The notes: generated by a model not told the origin, from the letters alone. Positions 1-10,069 are shown, numbered from the stretch's first letter. The stretch: 58,685 bases of DNA from Deltaproteobacteria bacterium (GCA_026388765.1 JAPLJC010000088.1:1-58685); one strand, 5' to 3'. Numbers and translations are program-made.

Positions 1-177
1 GCAAGGATTGCGGTCTAAGGCTTGATTATGACCATGGAGTCGGTAGGCCTACCCCACGCGAAGCGTTTAGTTCATGATCCGGATAATATGTATGATAATA
101 GCAACCTTTAAAGGGACGTTCATTTACTCAAGTCTTGACCATTAAAATTTTAATCGAGTAAATAATTCTCGCCCAAC

Positions 178-211
178 CTCCAGGGGGTCAGTTTATGATG
201 CCCCCGGAGGG
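178..211. terminator. Possible hairpin downstream of the PAS gene
   Basis: ctccaggggg...cccccggagg imperfect inverted repeat; no clear U-tract. Confidence 0.3.
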
Positions 212-220
212 CCTGATCAG

Positions 221-715
221 TCATCCTTCTCTTTCTTTACGGCGCAATGCTTCCTCTGCCTCCTTAAAATCGGTGATGTCCTGAATCATGGCCATCTTGG
301 ACATGGTGCCGTCGGGGTGGTGTATGGGAGTGTTTACCACCCGATACCAGCGGTGGTCTTTGGGGCTGAGCACCTCCCAGGTCACCTTTTCTCCCCGGAA
401 GACCCGGTCGTTGACGCACCAGGGACAGACGTCATCCAGATCATGTAGGGTCTTGTAACATTTCTGCCCGAGGGGGTAATAGCCGGTCCGGTCGATGAAG
501 CGCTGGTTCATAAACTCCACTTCATAGTTCTCAGAGCAGATATAGATCAGCCCATCAAAGGCCTCAATCATGGCCTCATATTGGGCCCACAAATCCCGCC
601 AGGCTTCTACCACCCGCTGATTTCTGTCCTTTTCCTCTTCCAGTTCAGCAATCTTTCGGCGCAACCCGGTTAATTCTTCGATAAGTTGCTCTTTGGTTTT
701 TGCTTCATCTTTCAT
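221..715 (-). CDS. Stand-alone PAS-domain protein with N-terminal coiled coil
   Basis: MKDEAKTKEQLIEEL coiled-coil leader; PAS features (GQKCY...CPWC, TPIHHPDG...IQDITD). Start moved to ATG 715 because the ORF extension runs into a REPIN. Confidence 0.8.
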   Translation of the reverse strand: MKDEAKTKEQLIEELTGLRRKIAELEEEKDRNQRVVEAWRDLWAQYEAMIEAFDGLIYICSENYEVEFMNQRFIDRTGYYPLGQKCYKTLHDLDDVCPWCVNDRVFRGEKVTWEVLSPKDHRWYRVVNTPIHHPDGTMSKMAMIQDITDFKEAEEALRRKEREG

Positions 716-728
716 GTTGGACCTCAAG

Positions 729-814
729 AAAAACAGGGACACCTCCTATTTTTCAAGGCAAGACTTTAATCTGTCAGGAAAAAAATAAGAAAAATAGGAG
801 GTGTCCCTATTTTT
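729..814. repeat. REPIN/MITE family A, copy 1
   Basis: Inverted pair of AAA(T/C)AGGGACACCTCCTATTT palindromes with a spacer homologous to copies at 19740 and 32705. Confidence 0.85.
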
Positions 815-1988
815 CCACCAGCCGGTAAACCTCCAGCAGTGGCAGGCCCGTTTCCTCGGCCATTTGGCGGCAGGCCTCGTACTCCGGCATCAGCCTCCGT
901 TTGCCGCCGTACTCCATGACCTTGACCGTCAGCGGCCCGTAAGGGGTGTCGAGGCTCTCCTGCCAGCGCCGGGCCGCCACCCGCTCCACTTCCGCCAGCC
1001 GCACCCCGAGGGTGGTGGACTCGGTGAACAGGCGCTCCAGCAGGCCCTCCCGGGCCGCCGGCGGCGCCACCACCGTGAGGGCCACCCCGGGGCGGTTCTT
1101 CTTCATCTGGATGGGGGTGAGAGCCACATCCAGGGCTCCGGCGGCAAAGAGCCCGGCCATCAGGGGCTCGTAAAGCTCCGGATTCATGTCATCGATGTGG
1201 GTTTCCAGGACCAGCACCCGCTCCCGTCGGCCCGGGGCCGCAGTCAGGGGCTCGCCCAGGTAAATGCGCAAGAGATTGGGGTGCCCCGGCAGGTCCCGGG
1301 AGCCGGCGCCGTAGCCTACCCGTTCCAGACGCAGGGGCGGACAGGGCTCGTAGATGGCTCCCAGCCCTTTAAGGATCACTGCCCCGGTGGGAGTCACCAA
1401 CTCCCCGGGAAGATCGGTGCCGTAAACCGGGAGCCCCTTAAGTAACTCCAGGGTGGCGGGGGCCGGGTTGGGCAGCCGGCCGTGGCCCGCGCTGATCATG
1501 CCATAGCCCATGGGCAGGGAGCTGCAAAAGACCCGGGTGATACCCAGTTTCTCCACCCCGTAGGCCACCCCGACGATATCCAGGATGGTATCCAGGGCCC
1601 CCAGTTCGTGGAAGTGCACCTCCTCCAGGGGCTGGCCGTGGATCCGGGCCTCCACCTCCCCCAGGAGGCGAAACATGGCCAGGCTGCGCGCCTTCACCCC
1701 GTCGGTCAGGGGGGCGCCGGCAATCAAGGCGTGGATTTCCCGATAGCTCCGGGTAGGCTGGGGGTGGCGAAAGCGGAAATCCACCTGGAGGTGCACCCCG
1801 GTGAGGTGGTCTTTGGTAATCCGCGGGGCCGTGAGGTGCATCTCGGCCAGACCCAGGAGCTTCAGGAGTTCCTCCAAGGCCGAGACCGGCAGGCCCAGGT
1901 CGATGAGGGCCCCGAGGGTCATGTCGCCGCTGATGCCGGCGAAGCAGTCAAAGAAGGCCCAGCGTTCACTGGCCGGTGCGGTCGACAT
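807..1988 (-). CDS. larC: Nickel-pincer cofactor nickel insertase LarC
   Basis: FDCFAGISGDMTLGAL, VHFHELGALD, ETHIDDM, MKKNRPG, ESTTLGVR and PEYE motifs; start ATG 1988. Confidence 0.9.
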   Translation of the reverse strand: MSTAPASERWAFFDCFAGISGDMTLGALIDLGLPVSALEELLKLLGLAEMHLTAPRITKDHLTGVHLQVDFRFRHPQPTRSYREIHALIAGAPLTDGVKARSLAMFRLLGEVEARIHGQPLEEVHFHELGALDTILDIVGVAYGVEKLGITRVFCSSLPMGYGMISAGHGRLPNPAPATLELLKGLPVYGTDLPGELVTPTGAVILKGLGAIYEPCPPLRLERVGYGAGSRDLPGHPNLLRIYLGEPLTAAPGRRERVLVLETHIDDMNPELYEPLMAGLFAAGALDVALTPIQMKKNRPGVALTVVAPPAAREGLLERLFTESTTLGVRLAEVERVAARRWQESLDTPYGPLTVKVMEYGGKRRLMPEYEACRQMAEETGLPLLEVYRLVEK

Positions 1989-3210
1989 GGAGTTCCACCT
2001 CCTTGATAGTGCGGGCCTCGGTGGAGCGCACGGTAAACGCCAGGTTATGGTACTGCACCCGTTCCCCCCCCCGGGGCAGGTCGCCCAGTTGGGCGATGAG
2101 AAATCCCGCCAGGGTTTCGTAATCACCGGAAGGCAGATTCAGCTTCAGGGATTCGTTCAAGGTCTTGATCTCGGTGCGGGCGTTGATGAGGAAATGGCCC
2201 TCTCCCAACTTGCGGAAGGGGATCACCTCCTGGTCGAACTCATCGGCTATTTCGCCGACGATCTCTTCCAGCAGGTCTTCGATGGCGACGATGCCCACCG
2301 CGCCGCCGTATTCGTCCACCACCACCGCCAGGTGGCTGCCGTCCCGCTGCATCTCGGCCAGCAGGCGGTCAATCTTCTTGAGTTCCGGCACGTACTTCAC
2401 CGACCGGACGGAGGACTTGATGGGCTGATCCCGGTGTTCTTCCCCCAGGAGATCGAAGCTGTGGAGCACGCCGGTGAGGTTGTCGATGCGGCGATGATAT
2501 ACCGGCAGGCGGGAGAACCGGGTGTTGCGGAACTCCTCCTGGGCCTGGGCAATGCTCAAGGTGTCCGGAATGGCCGTCACCCGGATGAGAGGGACCATCA
2601 CCTCTTTGACGGTGCGCAGGCTGAATTGGAGAATGCGGTGGATGAAGAGGCGCTCTTTGCCTTCCAGGTCCACTTCCGGACCGCTTTTGCTCACCACCAG
2701 ACTCAGGTCTTCCCGGGTGATGAAGGGTAGCTGGCCGGTCTTTCGAACTCCGGCGGCCAGCAGGACCAAGCGGCTGAGGGTGGCGAAGACCCAGGTTATC
2801 GGATACATGACCCGGGAGACAATCCGCAGGGCCGGAGCCAAACGCTCCGCCAGCAAAGTGGCCTGCTGGCGGCCGATGGATTTGGGAATGATCTCGCCTA
2901 AGATCAGGATCAGGGGCGGCAGCGCCAAGATCACCGGAATCTCGGCGGCATCCCCAAACAGTCCCAGGAAGAAGGCGGTCACCAGGATGGTGTTCACCGC
3001 TGCGGCCATGGCCGCCCCCAGCAGGGTGGTGGCCAGGAAATACTCCGGCCGGGCCAGGAGCTGCAAGGCCAGGCGGGCATTCCGGTGCCCTTCCTCGGCC
3101 CGGTGGTGCAGACGGCGGCGGTTGGCGGAGACCAGGGCGATCTCCGACATCGCGAAGAAGCCTTCCAGGAGCAGGAGCGGGATGAAGATGAACAGGATGC
3201 CGTAGGTCAT
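1966..3210 (-). CDS. CNNM/CorC-HlyC (DUF21-CBS-CBS-CorC) metal transporter/hemolysin-like protein
   Basis: FFAMSEIAL, GEIIPK, FSRLPVY and VVDEYGGAVGIVAIEDLLEEIVGEI motifs. Confidence 0.9.
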   Translation of the reverse strand: MTYGILFIFIPLLLLEGFFAMSEIALVSANRRRLHHRAEEGHRNARLALQLLARPEYFLATTLLGAAMAAAVNTILVTAFFLGLFGDAAEIPVILALPPLILILGEIIPKSIGRQQATLLAERLAPALRIVSRVMYPITWVFATLSRLVLLAAGVRKTGQLPFITREDLSLVVSKSGPEVDLEGKERLFIHRILQFSLRTVKEVMVPLIRVTAIPDTLSIAQAQEEFRNTRFSRLPVYHRRIDNLTGVLHSFDLLGEEHRDQPIKSSVRSVKYVPELKKIDRLLAEMQRDGSHLAVVVDEYGGAVGIVAIEDLLEEIVGEIADEFDQEVIPFRKLGEGHFLINARTEIKTLNESLKLNLPSGDYETLAGFLIAQLGDLPRGGERVQYHNLAFTVRSTEARTIKEVELHVDRTGQ

Positions 3211-4478
3211 GACTGGGCCCTTCGCACCTCCACCTCCAGGATGCGGGTGCCCTTCATGCGGGTCACTCGAAAGCGGAGATGATCTAAAGACACGGTCCGG
3301 CCTTCTCGCGGCAGGGCCCCGAAGAGATTCAGGACCAGGCCGCCGATGGTGTCGAACTCCGCGGTCGGCAGTTCCAGACCCAGGGCCTCGTTGAAGTCCG
3401 CCAGTGACAGGGTGGCCTTGGCCCGCCAGACCCCCGGTCCGATTTCCTCCAGGGGCTTCACTTCTTCTTTGAACTCCTGGGGAATCTCACCGCAAAGCTC
3501 CTCCAGCAGGTCCTCCACGCTCACCAGACCCACCAGGGAACCGTATTCGTCCACCACCAGGGCCAGACGCAGGTGCTGGGCCTGCAACTCCGTCAGCAGG
3601 TCGAAGGCCTTTTTGTTTTCCGGCACATAATAGGCCGGCCGCAAGAGATTCTCGATTGCCCCATCATCACACAAGCCTTTGGGGCCAACCTCCAGAATAT
3701 CCTTGGCATGCAGGATCCCCAGCACGTCATCAGGGTTGTCCCGATAAATGGGGACCCGGGAAAAACGGAAGCGCTTGATGGCCTGGAGCATTTCAGGGCA
3801 AGGCATATCCAGGGGCAGGGTGAAGAGGTCGGGGCGGGGCACCATGATCTGCCCCACCCGAAGCTCGCCGAAGCTCAGGAGATTCTGGATAAAATCCCGT
3901 TCCATTTCGGCGATCAAGCCACGCAGGTGGCTCTCTTCCACCATGCGGACAAAATCCTCCTGGTGCAACGCGGGCACCTGAAGCTCCGGGCGAAATCCGA
4001 GGGTGGCCAAAAGTCCCCGGCTGATCTGCATCAGCACCACCCGGAAGGGGCTGAACACCAGGATGGCCGGCTTCACCAGAAAGGCCAGCAATGGGGCCAG
4101 GCGACTGGCGTAGATCAGGGCCAGGGATTTGGGGATGAGTTCCCCCACGAAGAGGAAGGCCGGGGCGATGAGGCCGATGGCCAGCCATTTCCCGTTAGGC
4201 CCCCAGAGGCTCAGGGCCAGTGAGGTAGCCAGGATGGAGGCCAGGATGTTGACCGTCTCCACCCCCATGAGCACCGTCACCAGGAGGCGCCGGGGCCGGG
4301 CCAAGACAGCTTCCACCCGGTCGCCCCGGACCCGGTTTTTCTCCCGGAGGCGCAGGCGGTCCAGAGGGCTTAAAACGAAGAGGGAGGTTTCGGTGGCGGC
4401 AAAAAAGGCGCACAGGACCGCTAGCACCCCCAGGGTGAGATAGCGAGACAGATTAGGGTCTGACCAGATGGAGTCCAA
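3207..4478 (-). CDS. CNNM/CorC-HlyC family protein (second paralog)
   Basis: [22 protein letters not shown] and [20 protein letters not shown] motifs; 4-nt overlap with the downstream paralog. Confidence 0.9.
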   Translation of the reverse strand: MDSIWSDPNLSRYLTLGVLAVLCAFFAATETSLFVLSPLDRLRLREKNRVRGDRVEAVLARPRRLLVTVLMGVETVNILASILATSLALSLWGPNGKWLAIGLIAPAFLFVGELIPKSLALIYASRLAPLLAFLVKPAILVFSPFRVVLMQISRGLLATLGFRPELQVPALHQEDFVRMVEESHLRGLIAEMERDFIQNLLSFGELRVGQIMVPRPDLFTLPLDMPCPEMLQAIKRFRFSRVPIYRDNPDDVLGILHAKDILEVGPKGLCDDGAIENLLRPAYYVPENKKAFDLLTELQAQHLRLALVVDEYGSLVGLVSVEDLLEELCGEIPQEFKEEVKPLEEIGPGVWRAKATLSLADFNEALGLELPTAEFDTIGGLVLNLFGALPREGRTVSLDHLRFRVTRMKGTRILEVEVRRAQS

Positions 4479-4548
4479 TTTCCGATAGAGCTTTCAGTGT
4501 CGTAGTTTAGCCGTCAGCAAAGAAAAAATAGCGCCTTGGGCGGAAAAA

Positions 4549-5103
4549 TCAGGCGTTTTCAGCCCCGAAAGGGGGCGTGGCGCCTTCCGGCAAGGGCACG
4601 TCGAAGGCGAAGATCACCCCGGCGATCATCTGATAGAAGCCCACCAGCACCACTAATTCGATCACCCCCGGCAGGCCGATCCTGACAGTCAGGACATCCT
4701 GGACCTCCGGGGGAATGGAGCGCCGCTCCAGGACGCACCGGGCCACGGTTAAGACCTCCGGCTGAAGTTGATCATGGCTCTGCAACTCTTTCCCGGTGCG
4801 AATGGCCTCAATAATCGCCTCCGATACTCCCGCTTGCCGGGCCGGCTCCAGGTGTTTGACCCACTCATACGCCGCCCCCAGCCGCCGAGCCACCCAGAGG
4901 ATGGCCAGTTCCCTCAAGGCCGCGGGTAATACGCCGCCAAAACGCAAAAAAGTCCCCAACTCACTGACCTGGCGGGTGAGTTCCGGATAATTAAGCAGGC
5001 TACGGTACATGCCGTCGATGCGGCCGCGCCGGGCCGCCAGCTGGTCGTAAAGCTCTTGAGCTTCGGGAGTAAGCGCTGCCGTAGGGTCGGGTAACCGGGC
5101 CAT
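4549..5103 (-). CDS. Carboxymuconolactone decarboxylase (CMD/AhpD-like) family protein
   Basis: MARLP start; RELAILWVAR...YEWVKH and ELVVLVGFYQM motifs; no CxxC. Confidence 0.8.
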   Translation of the reverse strand: MARLPDPTAALTPEAQELYDQLAARRGRIDGMYRSLLNYPELTRQVSELGTFLRFGGVLPAALRELAILWVARRLGAAYEWVKHLEPARQAGVSEAIIEAIRTGKELQSHDQLQPEVLTVARCVLERRSIPPEVQDVLTVRIGLPGVIELVVLVGFYQMIAGVIFAFDVPLPEGATPPFGAENA

Positions 5104-5108
5104 GAGCC

Positions 5109-6839
5109 CTAATCCTCGTCCATCCATTCTTTCTTGGCCTGGCTGAAAGGGCTCACCGGGGTGGAACAGGACCGGTCGCAATGCACATCCACCAGGTAGG
5201 GGACCCCAGCCGCCAGGGCTGCCTGGAAAGCCGGCCCCAGTTCGGCGGGGGTAGTCACGGTGGCCGCCTGCAAGCCCAGAGACCGGGCGAATCCAGCCCA
5301 ATCATGCACCGGCAGTTCCGTCAGGGCCGCCGCCCCTGGGCCTTCTTTGACGGCCCGCAGCCAAACGTTGCCCAGGGCGCCGTTATTGATGACCACAAAG
5401 ATGACCGGAATCTGATAACGAGCCGCCGTCTGGATCTCCATGCCATGCATCAGCATACAGCCGTCGCCGGTGACCACCGCCAGGGGCAACTCCGGCCGGG
5501 CCGCCTTGGCGCCGATCCCCGCGGGGATGGCCCAGCCCATGGGACCCAGGTTGGTGGCCGAAATGTAGCTCCGCGGTGCATAAGACTCCCAATAGTGGCC
5601 ACAAAAGGCCCGGTGCGCCCCGGAGTCCACCACCAGGACCGTCTCCCGGGGCATGACCCGGCGCAGTTCGGTGATTACCCGGGCCGGGTGCAGCGGCGTT
5701 GCCTCGCTAGCGGTGTTTTCCCCATCATAGTGGCGCGGCCCGATGCCCCTGATTTGTTCCAGCCAGGCGCGGCGCAGTCCATTGCTGCCTGCCAGGGCCT
5801 GAACTATCTGGTATTCATAAGACATAACGACTTGCAGCACCCGGCCACAGTCGCCCACCATCGGCACCTGGGTGGGCCAGGTGCGCCCGATGACCTGGGG
5901 ATCGATGTCCACTTGCACCAGGGCCCGACTGGGCAGCATCCTCCGGTCCCAAAACAGGGTATCCCGCTGGCTGAGGCCGGAGCCCAACACCAGGAGAATC
6001 TCCACCTCATCGGAGAGAATGGCTTCGATGGCATGGCGGTGGCCGGCGTAGCCGAAAACCCCCAGGGAGAGACGGTGATCTTCCGGAAAAACGCCTTTGG
6101 CCCGCAGGGTGGTGGCTACGGGAATCTCAAAGCGCTCGGCAAAGGCCCGCAAGTCCTCGGTAGCCCCGGACTTCTCCACCCCGGCACCCGCCAGGGCCAG
6201 AATACGCACCGGCGCGGCCGCCGTCTCCTGGGGAACCAGGAGACGCCAGAGCCGGTCGATGCCATGCCGATCCAGAAACCGGGGGGCATAGAGGGATTCA
6301 TCCATGCCTTGCCAGGGCGCCTGGATGTCGCTCTTCTGGATATCCAGGGGTAGGCTGAGATGCACCGGTCCCTGGGAGCCTGCCAGCATTCTGGTCAGCG
6401 AAGTCCGCAGGTGGTGGTGGATCAGGTGGATATTTTCCACCGCCAGGGAAGATCTGGTGATGGGCTGCAAGACCGCCACGTCGTTTAAGGCCGCGGGGCT
6501 GGAATCCTGGAAACCGCCCCGCCCCTCCCAGTTGGTGGGCACCTGGCCGGAAACGACGACTACGGGGGAAGAATCGGTGCTGGCCGCGGCCACGGCGGTG
6601 ACCATATTGGTGATGCCCGGGCCGCCAATGGCGAAACAGACGCCAAAACGACCGCCAGCCCGGGCATAGCCGTCGGCCATGCAGGCCGCCCCGGCCTCAT
6701 GGGCCGCCACCACCGGGGTAATGCCGGCGGTGTCAGCGAGGGCCGGCAAGAACGGGTCGATCAGGCCTCCGGGCACCAGAAAAACGTGGCCCACTCCTTC
6801 GCCCCGAAATGCCTCAAGAAGGTAGCTGGTGGTCAACAT
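5109..6839 (-). CDS. Thiamine-pyrophosphate-dependent enzyme, acetolactate synthase large subunit-like
   Basis: HEAGAACMADGYAR (catalytic Glu), GPGITN, and GDGCMLM...NNG TPP-binding motif. Confidence 0.9.
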   Translation of the reverse strand: MLTTSYLLEAFRGEGVGHVFLVPGGLIDPFLPALADTAGITPVVAAHEAGAACMADGYARAGGRFGVCFAIGGPGITNMVTAVAAASTDSSPVVVVSGQVPTNWEGRGGFQDSSPAALNDVAVLQPITRSSLAVENIHLIHHHLRTSLTRMLAGSQGPVHLSLPLDIQKSDIQAPWQGMDESLYAPRFLDRHGIDRLWRLLVPQETAAAPVRILALAGAGVEKSGATEDLRAFAERFEIPVATTLRAKGVFPEDHRLSLGVFGYAGHRHAIEAILSDEVEILLVLGSGLSQRDTLFWDRRMLPSRALVQVDIDPQVIGRTWPTQVPMVGDCGRVLQVVMSYEYQIVQALAGSNGLRRAWLEQIRGIGPRHYDGENTASEATPLHPARVITELRRVMPRETVLVVDSGAHRAFCGHYWESYAPRSYISATNLGPMGWAIPAGIGAKAARPELPLAVVTGDGCMLMHGMEIQTAARYQIPVIFVVINNGALGNVWLRAVKEGPGAAALTELPVHDWAGFARSLGLQAATVTTPAELGPAFQAALAAGVPYLVDVHCDRSCSTPVSPFSQAKKEWMDED

Positions 6840-6841
6840 GA

Positions 6842-7010
6842 TCAGTAGCCAGTAGTTAGTAGTCAGTAGTCAGTCAGTGGCCAGTAATCAGTAATCAGGG
6901 GAAACTTCTCTTTCCTCAGCCTTATATGATTGTCTCCTGCACCGGAGCCAGACCAGGACATCCCCCAGAAACCAACACTGGCAACTGGCAACTGACTACT
7001 GGCTACTGCC
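6842..7010. repeat. Inverted pair of 7-bp tandem arrays (CAGTAGY)n ... (RCTACTG)n
   Basis: Left arm 6842-6898, right arm 6976-7010; arms abut the TPP-gene start and the lon stop. Confidence 0.85.
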
Positions 7011-9437
7011 TCACACCACCGGCAGCCGGGTCGCCGGTGCCATCCGTCCTTTGCCGGACCTGGGCTTCTTGCCCTCCCGGAAAGGCGAGCGGATCAAGGC
7101 CTCGTTCAGCACCTGATCCACGTCGGTCACCGGCACGAACTTGAGGCGCCGCTTGATGTTGGCGGGAATCTCCACCAGGTCTTTTTTGTTGGCCTCCGGG
7201 ATGATGACCTTCTTGACCCGGGCCCTGAGCGCCGCGATCGCCTTTTCCTTCAAGCCGCCGATGGGCAGGACCTTGCCCCGCAGGGTGATCTCCCCGGTCA
7301 TGGCCACATCCCGGCGCACCGGAATTTTGGTCAGGGCGGAGATCAGGGCGGTGGCCATGGTGACCCCGGCGGAGGGACCGTCCTTGGGGGTGGCCCCGGC
7401 CGGCACATGGATATGGATGTCCAGCTTCTCATAAAAATCCTCGGGCAGATTGAGCAGCTCCGCCCGGGAGCGGGCATAGCTCAAGGCCGCCTGGCCCGAC
7501 TCTTTCATGACGTCCCCCAACTGCCCGGTGAGGAGCAGTTGGCCTTTGCCCTTCATCAAGGTGGCCTCGATCGCCAGGGTCTCGCCCCCCACCTGGGTCC
7601 AGGCCAGACCGGTGGCCACCCCCACTTCGTCTTTCTCCACCTCTCCTTCGGGGAGATACCGGGGCGGTCCCAGGTAGCGGTGCAGGTTGCCCCGGGTGAC
7701 GGCAAAGGGGCCCGTTTCCCCTTCGGCCAGGCGCCGGGCCACCTTGCGGCACAGGGAGCCGATCTCCCGCTCCAGGTTCCGCAAGCCCGCCTCCTGGGTG
7801 TAGTAGAGGATAATTTTTTTCAAGACCTCCGATGAGATCTTCAGGTCTTCGGGATGCAGACCGTTTTCCGTGAGTTGCCGCGGCATCAGGTGGCGCTTGA
7901 CAATCTCCAGCTTCTCGTCCTCGGTGTAACCCGGCAAACGGATGGTTTCCATGCGGTCCCGCAGGGCCGACGGAATGGGGTCGATCAGGTTGGCGGTGGT
8001 GATGAACATCACCTTGGACAGATCAAAGGGCACGTTGAGATAGTGGTCGCTGAAGGAATGGTTCTGCTCCGGGTCCAAAGCCTCCAGGAGGGCGGCGGAG
8101 GGGTCGCCCCGGAAGTCCATGCCGATCTTGTCCACTTCATCCAGGAGAAAGACGGGGTTGTTGGAGCCGGCGTTCTTGACCCCCTGGATGACGCGCCCCG
8201 GCAGGGCGCCGATATAGGTGCGGCGGTGACCCCGGAGCTCGGCCTCATCCCGCATCCCCCCCAGGGAAACCCGGGTGAATTTGCGCCCCAGGGCCCGGGC
8301 AATGGACTGGCCCAGGGAGGTCTTGCCCACCCCGGGCGGGCCCACGAAGCAGAGGATGGGACCTTTCATTTTTTTATTGAGCTTGCGCACGCTCAGGTAT
8401 TCCAGGATGCGGTCCTTCACCTTCTCCAGGTCGTAGTGGTCTTCATCCAGAATGGCCTTGGCTTCCTTGACCTCCAGCTTGTCCCGGGTGCTTTTGCTCC
8501 AGGGCAGCTCCACCAGCCAGTCCAGGTAGGTGCGGACGATGGAGGCCTCGGCCGCGTCGGGGTGCATCTGCTCCAGGCGGGAGAGCTGTTTGAGGGCCTC
8601 CTCTTCGGCCTGCTTGGTCATGCGGGCCCGGGCGATCTTGAGACGGTAGTCCTCCATCTCCTTGCTGGTCTCGTCGATGTCGCCCAGTTCTTTCTTGATG
8701 GCCCGCAACTGCTCCCGGAGGAAATATTCCCGCTGGCTGCGGTCCATCTCCTCCCGAGCCTGGGACTGAATCTTGGCCTGGATGGCGGAGACCTCCAACT
8801 CTTTGCGCAGGAAGTCGTTGACCTTGATGAGGCTGCGGATGGGGTCCGTCTCTTCCAGGACCGCCTGGGACTCGTCGATCTTGAGCCTAAGGTTGGCTGC
8901 CACCAGGTCCGCCAGGTGGCCGGGGTCCTCGATGGACTCCAGGATGGCCAGCAGGTCCGGGGACATGATGCCCTTCAGGGTGAGAATCTTTTCCGACATC
9001 TCCCGGGCGTTGCGCATCAGGGCCTCGGCCTCGGGGGAAATTTCGGTGATGGTTGATTCGGGGATGAGCTCCTGTCCCACCTGAAAATAGGGGCGCTCCT
9101 GGAGATATTCCTTAATCAGCGCCTTGGCCTTGCCCTGGACCAGAATCTTCAGGCGCCCGTCCGGGAGCTTCAACATTCTCAGGATGAGGCTCACCGTGCC
9201 CACGGAGTAGATATCCTCCGGCTCGGGATTCTCAACGGCCTGGTCCTTTTGGGTAGCCAGAAATAAGAGGCGATCCTGGGCCAGGGCCGCTTCAATGGCC
9301 AGGACCGAGGTCTCCCGGCCCACGAACAGGGGGAGCACCATGTTGGGAAACACCACGACATCCCGCACCGCCAACAGGGGCAGGGTGGCAGGGATGATAA
9401 TTTGCTGTTGATCTTCGTCTTCTTCTCTGGTGGCCAT
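7011..9437 (-). CDS. lon: ATP-dependent protease La
   Basis: LON N-domain, Walker A GPPGVGKT, catalytic PKDGPSAG. Confidence 0.97.
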   Translation of the reverse strand: MATREEDEDQQQIIIPATLPLLAVRDVVVFPNMVLPLFVGRETSVLAIEAALAQDRLLFLATQKDQAVENPEPEDIYSVGTVSLILRMLKLPDGRLKILVQGKAKALIKEYLQERPYFQVGQELIPESTITEISPEAEALMRNAREMSEKILTLKGIMSPDLLAILESIEDPGHLADLVAANLRLKIDESQAVLEETDPIRSLIKVNDFLRKELEVSAIQAKIQSQAREEMDRSQREYFLREQLRAIKKELGDIDETSKEMEDYRLKIARARMTKQAEEEALKQLSRLEQMHPDAAEASIVRTYLDWLVELPWSKSTRDKLEVKEAKAILDEDHYDLEKVKDRILEYLSVRKLNKKMKGPILCFVGPPGVGKTSLGQSIARALGRKFTRVSLGGMRDEAELRGHRRTYIGALPGRVIQGVKNAGSNNPVFLLDEVDKIGMDFRGDPSAALLEALDPEQNHSFSDHYLNVPFDLSKVMFITTANLIDPIPSALRDRMETIRLPGYTEDEKLEIVKRHLMPRQLTENGLHPEDLKISSEVLKKIILYYTQEAGLRNLEREIGSLCRKVARRLAEGETGPFAVTRGNLHRYLGPPRYLPEGEVEKDEVGVATGLAWTQVGGETLAIEATLMKGKGQLLLTGQLGDVMKESGQAALSYARSRAELLNLPEDFYEKLDIHIHVPAGATPKDGPSAGVTMATALISALTKIPVRRDVAMTGEITLRGKVLPIGGLKEKAIAALRARVKKVIIPEANKKDLVEIPANIKRRLKFVPVTDVDQVLNEALIRSPFREGKKPRSGKGRMAPATRLPVV

Positions 9438-9529
9438 GTTTATCTCCTGGGAGATTAGCTATCTAGGTTTGAATGCCAGAAACGAGTTAGTTCCGGCGAA
9501 TTCATAATCTGGGCGAATTTAACCTTTAT

Positions 9530-9558
9530 ATGATAATGCCTTTGAAGCCAGATAGCAA
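9530..9558 (-). promoter_or_regulatory. Candidate sigma70 promoter for lon
   Basis: Minus strand TTGCTA-N17-TATCAT. Confidence 0.4.
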
Positions 9559-9655
9559 TTGTCTGGGGCACCTAGATTTTTCTCTCGGGACGACCGCTGG
9601 GGCGTTGCCCACCACCTGGCCCGTTAATGCCAATTAATTTTAAGGGCTTCGCCCA

Positions 9656-10069
9656 TCACCACCACGAATGCCAGTCGCCATAGAGAGTCAAAACCGCGCG
9701 GCGATATTGCCGGGCAAATTCTTCATCCCGGGCATAAACCTGGAGGCCCCGAATGGCGGCATGTTGGACGTGCGCATTTTCTTCCTCCAACAACAGCAGG
9801 TGCAAGCGCACCGGAGTGAATAGGGGTGCCAACTCTTCCTGCAAACGCCGGCGCAGCTTTTCGCCTTCCCGGTAGTCCCACGGGTGCTCCAGAAGAACCA
9901 CCCCCAGGTCCAGGTCGCTCTCCGGGTCGCCGGCCACCAGTTCCCCGTCCAGAAGCTGGGGGCCCAATTTCTTTTGCGAGCCGAGGAAATAGGCCAGGCC
10001 AACCCCAAAAGCCTGCAAGATATTGAGAAAACTATTAAACTTGGTCTCCGGCCCTTGATTACTCAACAA
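9656..10069 (-). CDS. Minimal nucleotidyltransferase (MNT/MntA-like) domain protein, degenerate
   Basis: LAYFLGS...PESDLDLGV...GLQVYARDEE pattern of the Pol-beta-like MNT fold. Confidence 0.7.
   Translation of the reverse strand: MLSNQGPETKFNSFLNILQAFGVGLAYFLGSQKKLGPQLLDGELVAGDPESDLDLGVVLLEHPWDYREGEKLRRRLQEELAPLFTPVRLHLLLLEEENAHVQHAAIRGLQVYARDEEFARQYRRAVLTLYGDWHSWW

Noticed and set aside
1-220. Gene end or ncRNA at the window start
   Set aside because: Too little sequence to support a call.
7854-9056. Long antisense or alternate-frame ORFs (also 1801-2730, 5181-6353, 29043-30185, 55660-56838)
   Set aside because: Shadow ORFs opposite clear genes, expected from high-GC codon bias.
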